Below, one piece after another: positions 24,811 through 38,124 of a stretch of DNA of 64,000 nt. The notes under the pieces were generated by a model. It saw only the letters and a list, made by a program, of their open reading frames with translations, was not told where the DNA came from and made no database searches. The stretch spans positions 57,784,001 through 57,848,000 of the forward strand of contig OX597821.1 of assembly GCA_951406725.2 (NCBI GenBank), given 5' to 3'. This DNA comes from Octopus vulgaris (Eukaryota). Each line of letters begins with the position of its first letter. Position 1 is the first letter of the stretch. A program made the position numbers and the translations under genes.

Positions 24811-25017
24811 GGTGTATGTGTGTGCGTACGTGTGTGTCCTCTGGTCTTTTCTGTGCTATACCAAGTATAAAAGTACGAGTCACTGAGCTTAAATATAATT
24901 AGATATATTTTATCCTAATTTCTTAATACTAAATTTACCAATGGCTAACAGCGCTTTTGAAATCTCACAAATCTGATGACACAAAAAAATATTAGGATCA
25001 CAGTTCACTCATATTTA

Positions 25018-25092
<75 letters not shown>

Positions 25093-25435
25093 TATCACAG
25101 GAATGGCTGTGAGGTTAAGAAGATCGCTTTGCAACTACAATGATTTCGGTTTCAATTCCACTGCGTAGCCCTTTGTGCAAATGCCTTCTACTATAGCCCT
25201 AGGTCGACCAATGCCTTACGAGTGAACTGAACAGACGAAAACCGTGAGGAAGCCTGTTATTTTATTTTCTTGCTATCTCATACGTGCTTTACTCTGGAAT
25301 ATCTGCTCCTTCCTCTTTTTCTGCCTCTCTAGATGTTTTCCTCTTTCTGACAAACAGCGAGGCTCAAAACGTAATTTCTACTATATTTCCATATAAGGCT
25401 TTTTACTGAGAGCTAATCCAATTTATATATATACA

Positions 25436-25488
<53 letters not shown>

Positions 25489-25687
25489 CACAGGATTTTG
25501 TCAATGAACAGGTCGCGGTCTCAAAGCGATGAAAATATTTTGGCAAATTAAATTTAAATGTGAATCTAACGGTTTTTGGGTGTTTTTAAATGGCTTATAA
25601 ATACCTTCCACGCTGCAATTGTTTTTGTTTCAGCACACAATCTCAGATCAGGTCACTTGCTATGCAAGTACATCTCCGTAATATATA

Positions 25688-25986
25688 TCTATTATATAAA
25701 ATCCGTTCTGTCTGTGTGTGTGTGTGTGTGTCTTCTAGCGTCTCGGGCATCCCCCATCCGATTGCGCTCAAATTTGATATGTAGATACCGACGGTATCAG
25801 GGCTTGTATAAGTCTTGAAAAAATAATAAAAACCGATTCCAGGTGAGAATGCGATCGATAAAGCTGTGTGAACGTGCATTTGTACGCGCAAGTACCTCAG
25901 TCGAAATCTGTCTTTTGCTGGTGTCTCAAATTTAGGTTAGATCAATGTTTCTCAAATGGGAGGCCTACGGGTCGGTCGGACAAGTT
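25688..25986 (+). mobile_element. Possible non-autonomous Helitron-like element
   Basis: Starts A|TCTATTATATAAAA followed by GTCTGT(GT)n and CCGATTGCGCTCAAATTTG, an arrangement typical of DINE-1/Lep1-like non-autonomous Helitrons; 3' end uncertain (GC-rich stretch then CAAGT instead of CTAGT). Confidence 0.4.
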
Positions 25987-26056
25987 GTTTTGAGAAAATT
26001 TAGTTTAAATGTTTGGCAACTCAGCATCATCCATTAAACGGGGGGCGTTTTGCTCT

Positions 26057-26105
<49 letters not shown>

Positions 26106-26249
26106 CAAATAGCTAGAGATGAATAACGCAGTATTCTGTGTTCTGGCACACCTCCGAGTTTTAGCGGGACTTAAATATTGCTTTTGGTATTAATACTGAC
26201 TCTGTCGCTATTAATTTCATATATATATATATATATATCAGATATATAT

Positions 26250-26296
<47 letters not shown>

Positions 26297-26298
<2 letters not shown>

Positions 26299-26637
26299 TT
26301 TTATTTGTTTCAGTCATTTGACTGTGGCCATGCTGGAGCCCCGCCTTTAGTTGAACAAGTCGACCCCACGACTTATTGTAAGCCTACTACTTATTCTATC
26401 GGTCTCTCTTGCTGAAGTGCTAAGTCACTAAACACACCAACATTTGTTGTCAAGCGATGGTGGGGGGACAAACACAGACACAGAAACATATTTCCGTCTA
26501 CGAAATCCACTCACAAGGCTTTGATCGAATAAGGCAGTATTCTGTGTTCTGGCACATGTCCAAGGTGCCACGCAGTGGAACTGAACCCAGGACTATGTGG
26601 TTGGGTAGCAAGCTACTTACCACACAGCCACTCCTGC
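26297..26637 (-). mobile_element. Family B SINE (internally deleted)
   Basis: Matches family B consensus on the minus strand. Confidence 0.8.
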
Positions 26638-26639
26638 TA

Positions 26640-26787
26640 CTTTATTAATAAAGCTGCAAAGACATCGCAAAAACTGTTACTCAGAGTTTACCTTGGTCGG
26701 ACAGTTTCGGTTGAGAATGTCCAACGAACGGGAACGGGAAACTGAGTAACAATTTTTTTGTAATGTCTTGCAGCCTTATTAGTAAAG
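26640..26787. repeat. Imperfect fold-back inverted repeat (MITE-like)
   Basis: CTTTATTAATAAAGCTGCAAAGACATCGCAAAAACTGTTACTCAG ... CTGAGTAACAATTTTTTTGTAATGTCTTGCAGCCTTATTAGTAAAG. Confidence 0.7.
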
Positions 26788-26855
26788 CATATTAGTCTAC
26801 CTCCGGTACTGGAGTACTATTTTACCCCTTTGTTTCACATTTATGTAATTACTCT

Positions 26856-26893
<38 letters not shown>

Positions 26894-26969
26894 TGGTATA
26901 TTCTATCAAGAACGTAGTGAAGGATAGTATAAAGCTCGCCCACGTTCAGATTTCCTCCTGTGCTATTCG

Positions 26970-27041
<72 letters not shown>

Positions 27042-27647
27042 TATGCACTTCCAGGTTTGCATTTGCGCATCTGTCATGTGTGAATAGAGAATTGAAAAAA
27101 CTTGAATTCAACAAGGAGTATAGTTGGACATTTATTTTTACAATTGTTTCCACGCAAAGTAATTCCCCAGGCATGCAGGAACTTGATTAAGCAACCGTTT
27201 CCCTGTATTGTGAGATCTGGTTGTGTTTCCTGGGATAATATGTAACAATTGTCTCCGTATGTTCAAGTCTTCGGCTCCAAGAACATCCTCTCTGTCAGTT
27301 GTGATCTGAATTTAGTATTAGTCATTGAGTTTATCAAGATGTGTTGCTGCTGAAGGACCGTTGGCAAACTACTTTGAATGTGTAGATGTAGTGGAATGGT
27401 GATTCTGCTGAAGTTAAAACGGTTGCCGTTTTAAAGGGACTGGCATTTGATTTCATTATACTGCTTGTTTTTCCTTCATGCTTGGTTTCACATGTGATTG
27501 TCCGTAGCTGACTTTTGAGAATCGGCCTATTATATCCATATACGTACTAACACTCGGACACATACACACACACACACACACGTGCACGCACACACAGACG
27601 TACATACACTCACACATATATATAAACACACACACATATATATGCAT

Positions 27648-27800
27648 GTGGCTGTGTGGTAAGTAGCTTGCTGCCCAACCAAATAGTTCCGGGTTCAGTC
27701 CCACTGCGTGGCATCTTGGGCAAGTGTCTTCTGCTATAGCCCCGGGCCGACCAATGCCTTGTGAGTAAATTTGGTAGACGAAAACTGAAAGAAGCCTGTC

Positions 27801-27862
<62 letters not shown>

Positions 27863-28086
27863 TTGTATGTATGTATGTGTGTGTTTGTGTGTCTGTGTTT
27901 GTTCCCCTAGCATTGCTTGACAACCGACGCTGGTGTGTTTACGTCCCCGTCACTTAGCGGTTCGGCAAAAGAGACTGATAGAATAAGTACTGGGCTTACA
28001 AAGAATAAGTCCCGGGGTCGATTTGCTCGACTAAAGGCGGCGCTCCAGCATGGCCGCAGTCAAATGACTGAAACAAGTAAAAGAGA
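27648..28086 (+). mobile_element. Family B SINE, full length
   Basis: Complete consensus with internal (TA)n. Confidence 0.9.
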
Positions 28087-28125
28087 AATAAATGAGAATA
28101 TGCATAAATATATACATATATATGT

Positions 28126-28197
<72 letters not shown>

Positions 28198-28279
28198 GTA
28201 CATGCACATACATACACACGCACGCATATACATACATAAATGCGCGCAGGTGTATATATATATATACATACACACATAG

Positions 28280-28311
<32 letters not shown>

Positions 28312-28469
28312 GTGTGTGTGGATACGTACATTCGTGCACACTAAACACGTGGACAGGCACGCATACGTATATATAGATATACAAACCGACAAACGCACAA
28401 ATCTATATGGTGGAAGGGAAGAGGGAGAGAGTTTATTGAATTATCATTAATATTATTCAACTCTCATGT

Positions 28470-28780
28470 ATCTAGAAAATACTGACTTGGTGCAGTGACA
28501 TTTTGATATTTTTTTCAGCATGCTTGTTTGCCAAGTCTTCGTTACTTAACAGAATGCACAATTCTTCTTCAAGGCACAAGTCACATACGCTGGATAATAC
28601 ATTAGATGGGTGTGCATTTTTTATTATTAACCATTCTATTTCATATTTTATTTTCCGTCTTTTGATCTCTAGGTTCACTAGTGATGTTGCATCTAGTCGG
28701 CTTATCTTCCGGAATGAGAGTCTACATTGCGTGGAAACAATTGCAGTGATTGAAAATAAATGTCCTTCTTAATGACTCCA
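28470..28780 (-). pseudogene. Penelope-like element endonuclease C-terminal fragment
   Basis: KYEIEWLIIKNAHPSNVLSSVCDLCLEEELCILLSNEDLANKHAE resembles the W-x-I...C-x-LCL-x-EK...LN-K-x-x-E tail of GIY-YIG PLE ORFs. Confidence 0.6.
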
Positions 28781-28795
28781 ATTTTTTTCAATTAT

Positions 28796-28827
<32 letters not shown>

Positions 28828-28856
28828 ACACACACATACACACACACACACACACG

Positions 28857-28904
<48 letters not shown>

Positions 28905-29818
28905 AATGCATGTATATGTATGTATATATATGTGTGTGTGCTTACATACACATACATATACATATATACATGTGTATATGTCTGTGTGCGTGTGTGTATG
29001 TATATATATACATATACACACATGTATATATTAACGAAAAGTTTCCGAACAGTTTCCGACTACACACATTCCATTCATAATGTATTGGTCAAATCGTAAC
29101 AATGTTACAATTACAGAATCAACATGATGTAGTCCCACGCACTGAGAAGGGAAGTTCTTAACCATATTTCCAGGCTTGGCTTTGTATAATTTATTTCGTA
29201 GTACATTTTCCTTGTATAAATAATCCCTTTGTGAAAAGTTTCAATAGTGATTTGATAAAGTTTCATCTGACTGGTTCTACATTTTCTATTTCATTTTCGT
29301 TCATCTTTTTTCTTTAATATTTCGTCAATTCAATTAGAGGACATGTTTCAGAAACGACAGTCATTTTTTTACGTAAGAACGTGTTGTTTCTGGAAAGTTT
29401 ACTGTCACTGAAATTTCTTCAAACGTATCTTTTTCTCATTAAAATCCTACGCTCAGCGAGTTAACATTCTACGTTCGCGTGAACAAAAGTTAAAGTATTT
29501 TGCCAAGTTTGAAACGCTTTTTTCTCGTCGTTATTGACAAGTACAATAGAGATTAATGGTATTGCATTTTAAGAGTGTTTCCATGAAAATATTTTAAAGA
29601 GAATTCTGACAATTTTGATCAAGGAAGCAAAACTGACATTCATTATTTTAGACCGAAGCACATGAACTAATCTGATACATAGTTATTATAACTACTGCTT
29701 TGACAGTGTAGGAGAGAGAAATGGATTTCCATTTCTTATCTATCTTATTAGTTTGTACATCCTATTTACATTCTTTTATCTCCCACTCTTTCTCTTTTTC
29801 TCTCTTCCTCCCTCCTTG

Positions 29819-29850
<32 letters not shown>

Positions 29851-30000
29851 CATACATATATACATATATATGTATGTATATATATGTGTGTGTGTGTGCG
29901 CGCGTGTGTATACTAAAAAGCACGAGGGAATGCATTCACACTCACACAAACTCCCAGATATTATATGTCTTCTTTATAAATAATATATGTTTGTATATGC

Positions 30001-30068
<68 letters not shown>

Positions 30069-30779
30069 TTGTATGAATGTGTGTGTGTATATATATACAT
30101 ATACACATGAGTATGTGTGTATGTACATATGTATGTACACACGCACGCATACACATGTAGAAATGTATATGTGTGTATAAAATTATAAAGCCAGGTTGTA
30201 TGAGAGGAAAATATACGTTTAATTAACCACATGACTTCCATAGGAATACCACCATTTCGTAACTTTTTTCTTGTAGTATTAATTTCAGTGTAAAAGCATT
30301 AGGCGTGCCTATTTGCTTTGGTTGAATGGTTAGCACTTCTGCTATATTTGCACAACGTACGAGTTCGAGTCTCACAGGATGCTTTCTATTTTAAAATAAA
30401 TTTTTATGGTTAGGTTTAGGGTTAAAATAGGTTAGTGATTTTTATAGTTAAGTTTAGGGTTAGCCTAGAGGAATTTCGAAACTAGTAGAATAGGAAAACA
30501 AGTGTGTCGCTGAGACGTATTAGAAGGACGTAGGCCCCATAGGAAACCAATCGGTTTTAAGTAAGACTGAAGTCAAGAAATGCATTAGAAATGCCTGATA
30601 AGTATGTCGTAGTATCAGGGGGAAAAAACGTCTGGGAATCTTGCAAAACATCAAGTAAAGCTATTAGGTTATGAGTTAGAAGTGGATAGTAACTTCGGTT
30701 TGAAGGGTAATAACACATATAGTATAGTATCGGATAAAGCTACTGTGGTAATAAAGAAATTAGTTCCCGAATTGGAAAA

Positions 30780-31778
30780 GTTGAGTGGTTCCAAAGGGAA
30801 AAAGGAGGACATGATGGTTATCCCAAATTGATTTTGGATTCTCAAATTACACAAGGTACCGAATAAGTGTAAATTTTATTGCCGGTGCTAAAAAATGCAC
30901 AAACAAAAAAAATATCTCTGTCGATTAGTGAAGCTTTGAATGTGCTTGGATCGTTCTTTATGACGTACTGTGAACAAATCTTTAGCAATTCTGGAATAAA
31001 CCTTTTCTTCTTGTTTTTTCTTAGTATAAGTTTCATTAAGGGATTGTTAAACAAATTGCAATTAGGATTATGCATGTATATAATTTTTCTATTGCATATT
31101 AACCATGGTTTGAAAAGAGTGGAAGAAAGTATATTTAGTATAATTGATATTGTGTTTAATAAAGGTTATAGATATATTTCCATAAGAAATGGTGATGGAT
31201 TTTTGTCTAAGATATAGTGGTTATATTTTAGTAAAAATAGACTGAGGGAGGTGATCAGATTTATCGTTAATAATACATGTCACATTTGGTGGGAAAGTTT
31301 TTAGGCAAATCAAGGAGATTCCGATGGGCGAGAATTGTAGTCTTGTATTAGTGAATCTTTATTTATCTTCACGTGAGTTTAACTTCCTTAATGATCTCTA
31401 CCGAAGAGAAAGGTAGCTTTTGTCAACCAACTCAGTGGATGCTGCAGGTATACTGGTGATATTTTTATTCCCGACTATGGGTATTTTCAATATTTACTGA
31501 GAAAAATAAATCCGGTGGATCAGGAGGCAGATAGAAATGGTAACTCCTTAAAAGAGGTTAACAGTTTGAATGTGAGATTAATTAGTGCAGATGTTAAGGT
31601 CGAAACGAGTATCTATAATAAAACTAATAGTTTTAATTTCAACATTATATCGTCGCCTTGGAAGGAGAGCAAAATTCCTCTTTGGATGGGTTATGACTTG
31701 TTTTCCAGTCAAGTTGCTAGATATGGCAGAATTAAAAATAAAGTTGGAATGTTTTTAAATGGGGATAATATGTAAAAA
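30780..31778 (+). pseudogene. Degenerate Penelope-like reverse transcriptase
   Basis: Broken frames give WILKLHKVP, FGGKVFRQIKEIPMGENCSLVLVNLYLSSRE, CRYTGDIF and TSIYNKTNSFNFNII..SKIP..YDLFSSQVARYGR, matching PLE RT motifs (PKLHK, QxxGIPMG, RYIDD, YDKRDDF..SQLIRYAR); interrupted by the mariner. Confidence 0.75.
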
Positions 31779-31780
31779 TA

Positions 31781-33048
31781 TTGGGTTGACAACTAAGTTC
31801 CCACCGTTTTTTTTTTTAATTTTCGAATTTATTACGTTTTTAAATTTTAAAATCTATTTTTTTTCGAGAATTCTATTTTTGAATCATTTTGGAATCTATT
31901 TCTTTTCTTTTCTAGTTAATTTTAGTTAATTTTTGTTTATTTTCAGATCAATAAAATGGAAAGTCAAGTTAAGAAAACGAGCATTTTCGAGACCGCTTTC
32001 TTATTGCTTTTAATCAAGGTTCTAAGGGCGTAAAAGCTGCTCCGCGACATTTGTGCTATGTATGGAGAAGGTGCCATAGCTGAAAGAACCGCTCGTGATT
32101 GGTAAGCCAAGTTCAAACATGGAAATTTTGACCTCGAAGACGCACCTCGTTCTGGCCGTCCAGTTGAGTTCGATGAATAGCGATTAAAACAACTTTTGCA
32201 CGAAAATTCTCGTCCAACGACTGGCAGAGAAAATAGAATGCTCCCACACTGCTATAGAAAAGCATCTTCACTCGATGGAAAAGGAGCATGGATTCCGCAT
32301 GCTTTAAGTGACAACAACAAAAATTAGCGAGCCACAATCTCCGCTGGTTTGCTTGCTGGTCACTCTCAACTCAAGGACACAGGCAACGATTTCTTTACCG
32401 AATCGTTACTGGCAACGAAAAATGGTGCTTGTACATCAATATGAAGCAGCGTAAGGAATGGCTTAGTCCCGGTAAACAAACGATACCGCGCGTGAAACAA
32501 GATCTTCATCCGCATAAAACGATGTTGTGCGTATGGTGGGACTGGGAAGGGATTTTCCATTACGAATTGCTTGAACGGAACCAAATGGTCAATGCGGAAC
32601 TCTATGTTCAATAGATAGAACGACTCAAGAGAAAAAAACCCAATCTGCAGCATGGAGTTCTGCTGCATGACAACTCCCGCCCTCATATCGCAAATATGAC
32701 CAAGGAAGCCATTCAAACGTATGGAATGTGCTGCCACACCCGCCGTACTCTCCTGATTTGGCAACAACGGATTTTCACCTCTTTAGATCTCTTTCAAATG
32801 CTACGCGCGGAGTTTCGTTCAATATTGATGCAGAATTGAGAGCTTGGTTGGATCAATTTTTCTAGTCGAAATCGGGTGATTTCTACCAACGAAGTATCGA
32901 CAATCTTGTTGAACGTTTGGGAAGAAGTTGTAAACAACAAGGGTCAATACTTTAAATACATTATTGATTAATTAGTTGGTATTTTTTTTATTAAACCTCT
33001 TAAAAATTTACATTTAAAAAAATGGCAGGAATTTAGTTGCTAACCTTA
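31781..33048 (+). mobile_element. Full-length degenerate mariner DNA transposon (DD34D type)
   Basis: TIRs TTGGGTTGACAACTAAGTTCCCACCGTTTT / AAAATGGCAGGAATTTAGTTGCTAACCTTA with TA on both sides; transposase remnants EDAPRSGRP, WIPHAL, RIVTGNEKW, KTMLCVWWD, HDNSRPH, HPPYSPDLATTDFHLFRSL with stops and frameshifts. Confidence 0.95.
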
Positions 33049-33364
33049 TAAATATAAACCTTTTCAAGTTAAACTACCCGTAAACAATGTTTTATGTCCT
33101 GTCTAGTTACTTCTGTCATATCTGTGTATGTATATATATATATATATATATATATTCCATAATTAAGTATAATTTAATTTGTTCCAAATTAACAAGCTTT
33201 GTCTCTTAGTCTCTTTATACTGAAGAAGTGTTGTTGATTATTTGTTTTAATTATAGATGTAGATGTATGTGTTTATATAAACGTCTTTAATTTAATTTAG
33301 TTCTGTTTACTTTTTTCTTTTTCTTTTAATATTTTTATTGTTTTACTTTTAATAAGCAGTTTGC

Positions 33365-33765
33365 TTACTCTTTTACCTGTTTCAGTCATTTGACTGCGGC
33401 CATGTTGGAGCACCGCCTTTAGTTGAGCAAATAGACCCCAGAACTTATTCTTTGTAAGCCTAGTACTTATTCTAGCGGTCTATTTTGCCGAACCGCTAAA
33501 TTTTGGGGACGTAAACACCTCACCATCGGTTATCAAGCGATTTTGGTGCAACAAGCAGAGACACACAAACATATACACACACATACATATATATACATAT
33601 ATACGTTGGGCTTCTTTCAGTTTACGTCTACGAAACCCATTCACAAGGGTTTATGCGACCCGAGGCTATAGCAGAAGACACTTGCCCAAGGTGCCGTGCA
33701 GTGGGAATGAACCCGGAACCATGTGGTTGGTAAGCAAGCTACTTACCACACAGCTACTCCTGCAC
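33365..33765 (-). mobile_element. Family B SINE, full length
   Basis: Consensus match on the minus strand. Confidence 0.9.
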
Positions 33766-34387
33766 CTTGGTTAATATATTTTGTAGAAGTAAACTTATTT
33801 GATAGGTATTGTTCTAAGCGTATCCGTTTCTTCGTACATACTTCCAGGACGTTGTTTACGAGTTGTACTGTTCCATTAATCGCTATTAGGCCTAATTTGA
33901 GTGTAATATCATGTTCACGATGTAATGTTGTTTGAGAAACAAAGTATCGAGTTGTCTACCTTTTTGTATTGTCTGAATGTCCTTTTTGGAACTAGTTCTT
34001 TGTTACATTATAACGACTGTGTACTTATAAGTTATCGCCATTTGTTTACTCTTATGTTGTTACTTGTAGTAAAAAGCTGATGGATTCCCAGGTAACATTT
34101 ATATTTTTAACTCTCCGTACACCACGATTGAATGGTCCTGTCCAGGTAGCGAAACCACAGTAATATCTGTTTGGGCAGCTGATGATGAGAATACATTATT
34201 GTTATGTTTGATTGTCAATTTCTTATTATCTTAGTCTCGTTATTCTGGGTTGTCCTTCATTCTTGTAAAGTAGAACGCATTTCTGGACTCATAGTTTGGT
34301 ATTGTTTTGATTTTCTTCATATGTAACCTAATTAAGGTTGGACAAGGCTTAGATATTGGTTTCTAGTTTTTGGAGGTTCTGTGGCAT

Positions 34388-34452
<65 letters not shown>

Positions 34453-34458
<6 letters not shown>

Positions 34459-34990
34459 TAACGATGAGGGTCTTTGCAACAGGTTGCTAGACCACATACC
34501 GAAAGTATTAGAAATAGCAGCCAGATGACTGTTATTTCTTTTACTACAAAAATATGTCCCACAGACAACAGTAATCAAACAGTGACCGGTCAATTATGGA
34601 CGCATACGTTTCTGGATTAGAATCAGAGATTCATTTCCTTCATCAACATAATATTCCGATAAATAAATCTAGAAATGCTACGAAATCTTACCACCATATT
34701 CCGAACAGGCGTCATCGATCGGACATACAGAAGCTGATCAGCATATCCAATTTTATATAGACAAGTGAATTCGTATCTCCCTCCAGAATTTCTCCGTTTT
34801 TGTAGTAAAAGAAATAACAGTCGTCTGGCTACTATTTCTAATACTTTCGGTATGTGGTCTAGCAACCTGTTGCAAAGACCCTCATTGTTATAATTATATA
34901 TAATTTTACCGAATATGGTCCTTTTCCATACCGAAAAACTACTTGGAGAAATTTGTTGATTTTATTAAATTAATTATATTTCACCCTTTA
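34453..34990. mobile_element. Diverged relative of the 596-bp hammerhead element, inverted arrangement in (TA)n
   Basis: Inverted repeat 34453-34552 / 34797-34900; shares ACCACAxACCGAA..TTAGAAATAGCAG..TATTTCTT.TACTA and CCGAA.ACTACT..AAATTAATTA..TTTCACCCTT blocks with 16085-17932; (TA)n on both sides. Confidence 0.8.
34593..34652 (-). ncRNA. Type I hammerhead motif (core C3->U variant)
   Basis: Minus strand: ATTATG-TTGATGA-AGGAAATGAATC(TCT)GATTCTAATCCA-GAAA-C(GTATGC)G-TC-CATAAT. Confidence 0.7.
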
Positions 34991-35038
<48 letters not shown>

Positions 35039-35494
35039 CGTGTGTTTTATATAAAGTGAACATTCATGTGTATGCGAGGTGGTGTATGTATGTATGTTCT
35101 TTTGGTTCTTTAATTTTCATTGAGAAACAAATCATTGGAATTTCAACAATGACAACGATAAAAATCAAGATGTTGAAGTCTTGTGTAACTTCCATTGTTC
35201 CACATGCAATCTGAATATACAGAATATACGTTAAAAGGCCTTTTTAATTTGAGTTGAAAATCCTAACTTTCTAAATATTTTTCTTCAATAATTTCGAAAC
35301 ATATCTTAAATCGCAGGTACTCTATTTGCCTGTCTAGAAATGGGAAATCTGTAATATATGCACACGAAGTGGAACGATTTACATAATGCAATCACACACG
35401 TCCCGTAGAAATTTGCAATAAAGCCATCGATATTCTTTGGCAAACCTACTTTCAGCAACTACAGTAAGTACTTTAAGACTCCGCCGGTTACGAC

Positions 35495-35795
35495 GACGAG
35501 GGTCCCAGCTGATACGATCAACGGAACAGCTTGCTCGTGAAATTAACGTGCAAATGGCTGAGCATTCCACAGACACGTGTACCCTTAACGTAGTTCTCGG
35601 GGATAATCAGCGTGGCACAGAGAGTGACAAGGCTGACCCTTTGAAATACAAGTACAACTCATTTTTGCCAGCTGAGTGGACTGGAGCAACGTGAAATAAA
35701 GTGTCTTGCTCAAGGACACAACACGTCGCCGGGAATCGAACTCACAACCTTACGATCATGAGCCGAATTTCCTAACCACTAAGCCACGCGCCCTC
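35495..35795 (-). mobile_element. Family C SINE, near full length
   Basis: tRNA-like head (TGGCTTAGTGG, GTTCGATTCCC) followed by GTGTCCTTGAGCAAGACAC; related copies near 6505, 7700, 23600, 56080 and 60650. Confidence 0.8.
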
Positions 35796-35979
35796 ACACA
35801 GTAAGTACTAATTTGCAACAAAAAGTGCCTGTTGTAAAAAAAATCACAAGATGAAGGAATATATTATGACTATATGAAAGAAACGTGACGAACAGAAATC
35901 AACAAGGCGCCTCTACTCGATAGTTTAACTTGCTGACAATGCTATTCTCACCAGAGTAAGCTACATGATATATACTCTT

Positions 35980-36775
35980 CACTCTCTTTTACTCTTTTAC
36001 TTGTTTCAGTTTTTTTTTACTGTGGCCATGCTGGAGCACCGCCTTTTAGTCGAGCAAAACGACCCCAGGACTTATTCTGCGTAAGCCTAGTACTTATTCT
36101 ATCGGTTACGTAAACACGCCATAATCGGTTGTCAAGCGATGTTGGGGGGGACAAACATATACACACCCATACATATATACGACCGGCTTCTTTCAATTTC
36201 CGTCAACCAAATCCACTCACAAGGCTTTGGTCGACCCGTGGCTATAGTAGAAGACACTTGCCCAAGGTGCCACGCAGTGAGATCGAATCCGGAACCATGT
36301 GGTTCGTAAGCAAGCTACATATCGCACACCCACTCCTACGCCTATATTTTTATAAATCATTCGTGATTGCGAATGAATATCATTTTAGTTATGTTTTTGT
36401 GTGATTGAGACTGCGTGGTAAGAGTTTGCTCTTCAACCATATGGTTCATGGTTCTGTCCCACTGCATGGCACCCTGGGCAAATATCTACTACTATAGCCT
36501 CGAGATGACCAAAGCCTTGTGAGTGGATTTGGTTGACGGAAACTGAAAGACGCCTGACATATGTGTGTGCCTGTGGGTGTCTTTGTGTCTCTGTTTGTAC
36601 CATACACCTTTTGACAACCGGTGTCATTGTGTTTATGAAGCGGTTCGACAAAAGTGACCGATAGAATAAGTGGAAGGCTTCCAAATAATAATAGCTCGAC
36701 TAAAATTCATCAAGGTAGTGCTCCAGCATGGCCGTAGTCTAATGACTGAAACAAGTATAAAGTAAAAGATAAAAG
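35980..36775. mobile_element. Two family B SINEs head-to-head (minus 35980-36340, plus 36410-36775)
   Basis: Consensus matches on opposite strands. Confidence 0.8.
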
Positions 36776-36819
36776 TATATATGTTATGTCTGCCTGTGTG
36801 TCTGCCCTGTTGACGTGAA

Positions 36820-37138
36820 TATCTCTTGGATTACTCAGATCATAAATTTTTGATTACCCAGATTATAAATTCACGTTTATACCAACAATAAATGATGCGT
36901 TTGGTTTTGTCAGTAATTGCTTAAGTTAGTGATAATCTGGAAAATCCTGGATTTTCAGAAAAAGAAATCAATCTGCTAATTCGTACACTGCAAATACAAC
37001 TTGTAAGTGGAACAGTAAAAATATGCAAGATTTCTCTCAAAATGTGAAATTGTATTTTTCTCTATATTTCAACGATGGAGCTTTGTATCTTTGTCGGAAA
37101 CCAGCTCCTTTATTACAGGAAGACTTCAAATAATAATA
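36820..37138 (+). pseudogene. 3' end of an RLE non-LTR element related to 58400-60425
   Basis: YPDYKFTFIPTI..NLENPGFSEKEINLLIRTLQIQLVSGTVKICK aligns to YTNYKFRFIPVTI..NLQKLGFSK..LQIQSITGTVKICK; 3' UTR hairpin GGAGCT..AGCTCC then AATAATAAT. Confidence 0.75.
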
Positions 37139-37149
37139 TCTACCACTAG

Positions 37150-37580
37150 CTCTATATATTGGTTTCAAATTTCAGAGGAGTGGAGAAGTCGATTATGTCG
37201 GCGCCAGTGCGTAACTGGTACTTATTTTATTTTAAGGGCGGCGAGCTGGCAGAAACGTTAGCACGCCGGGTGAAATGCTTAGCGGTATTTCGTCTGCGTT
37301 ACGTTGTGAGTTCAAATTCCGCCGAAGTTGACTTTGCCTTTCATCATTTCGGGGTCAATAAATTAAGTACCAGTTACGCACTGGGTGTCGATGTAATCGA
37401 CTTAATAGCTATGTCTGTCCTTGTTTGTCCCCTCTGTGTTTAGCCCCTTGTGGGTAATAAAGAAATAGGTACTTATTTTATCAACCACGAGAGGATGAAA
37501 AGCGAAGTCGACCTCAGCGGACTTTGGACTCGGAATGTAAGGACGGACGAAATGACGCTAAGTGTTTCGCCCGGCGTGAC
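37150..37580. mobile_element. Family A SINE (+, ~37236-37470) nested within an older minus-strand family A copy
   Basis: GGTACTTATTTTAT is duplicated at ~37217 and ~37468 around the young copy. Confidence 0.75.
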
Positions 37581-38069
37581 TAGCTTTATATATTGATATG
37601 TGCTTTTATCATGTGTGTATGAATGAATTATTTGTACCGAAACGCATTGCTTTCAAAGTTTTAATGATGTATTCACCTTCAAGCATGAATATTTTAAAGT
37701 AGAAAAATTAGTTTCTTAAATGGAAACGATTGCATGGATTTAAATAGCAAGTTCGCCATTTAGACTTTCAGTTTTAGCGTTAATGAATGATTTCCATTGA
37801 CAATGAAAATGTGAAAATGTGATTGAAGAAGACGGATTCCATGTCTATATCTTTTATCATTTATTTGTTTCAATCATTGAACTGAGGCCATACTGGTGTA
37901 CTTTCTTGAGGGTGTTTAGTTGAAAAAATCGACCGCAGTACTTATGATCTTTTTGTCTGGTATTTAGTTTATCGATGTTATTTGCCGAACCGCTAATTTA
38001 TGGGGATGTGAACAAACCAACACTGGTGCAGATACAAAGACCCACACAAATGCTCATACATATTTACAT

Positions 38070-38124
<55 letters not shown>

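Noticed and set aside
30315-30470. tRNA-like sequence and TTAGGG-like runs
   Set aside because: No full cloverleaf; the GGTTAG(G) units are few and degenerate, more likely a decayed repeat than a tRNA gene or interstitial telomere
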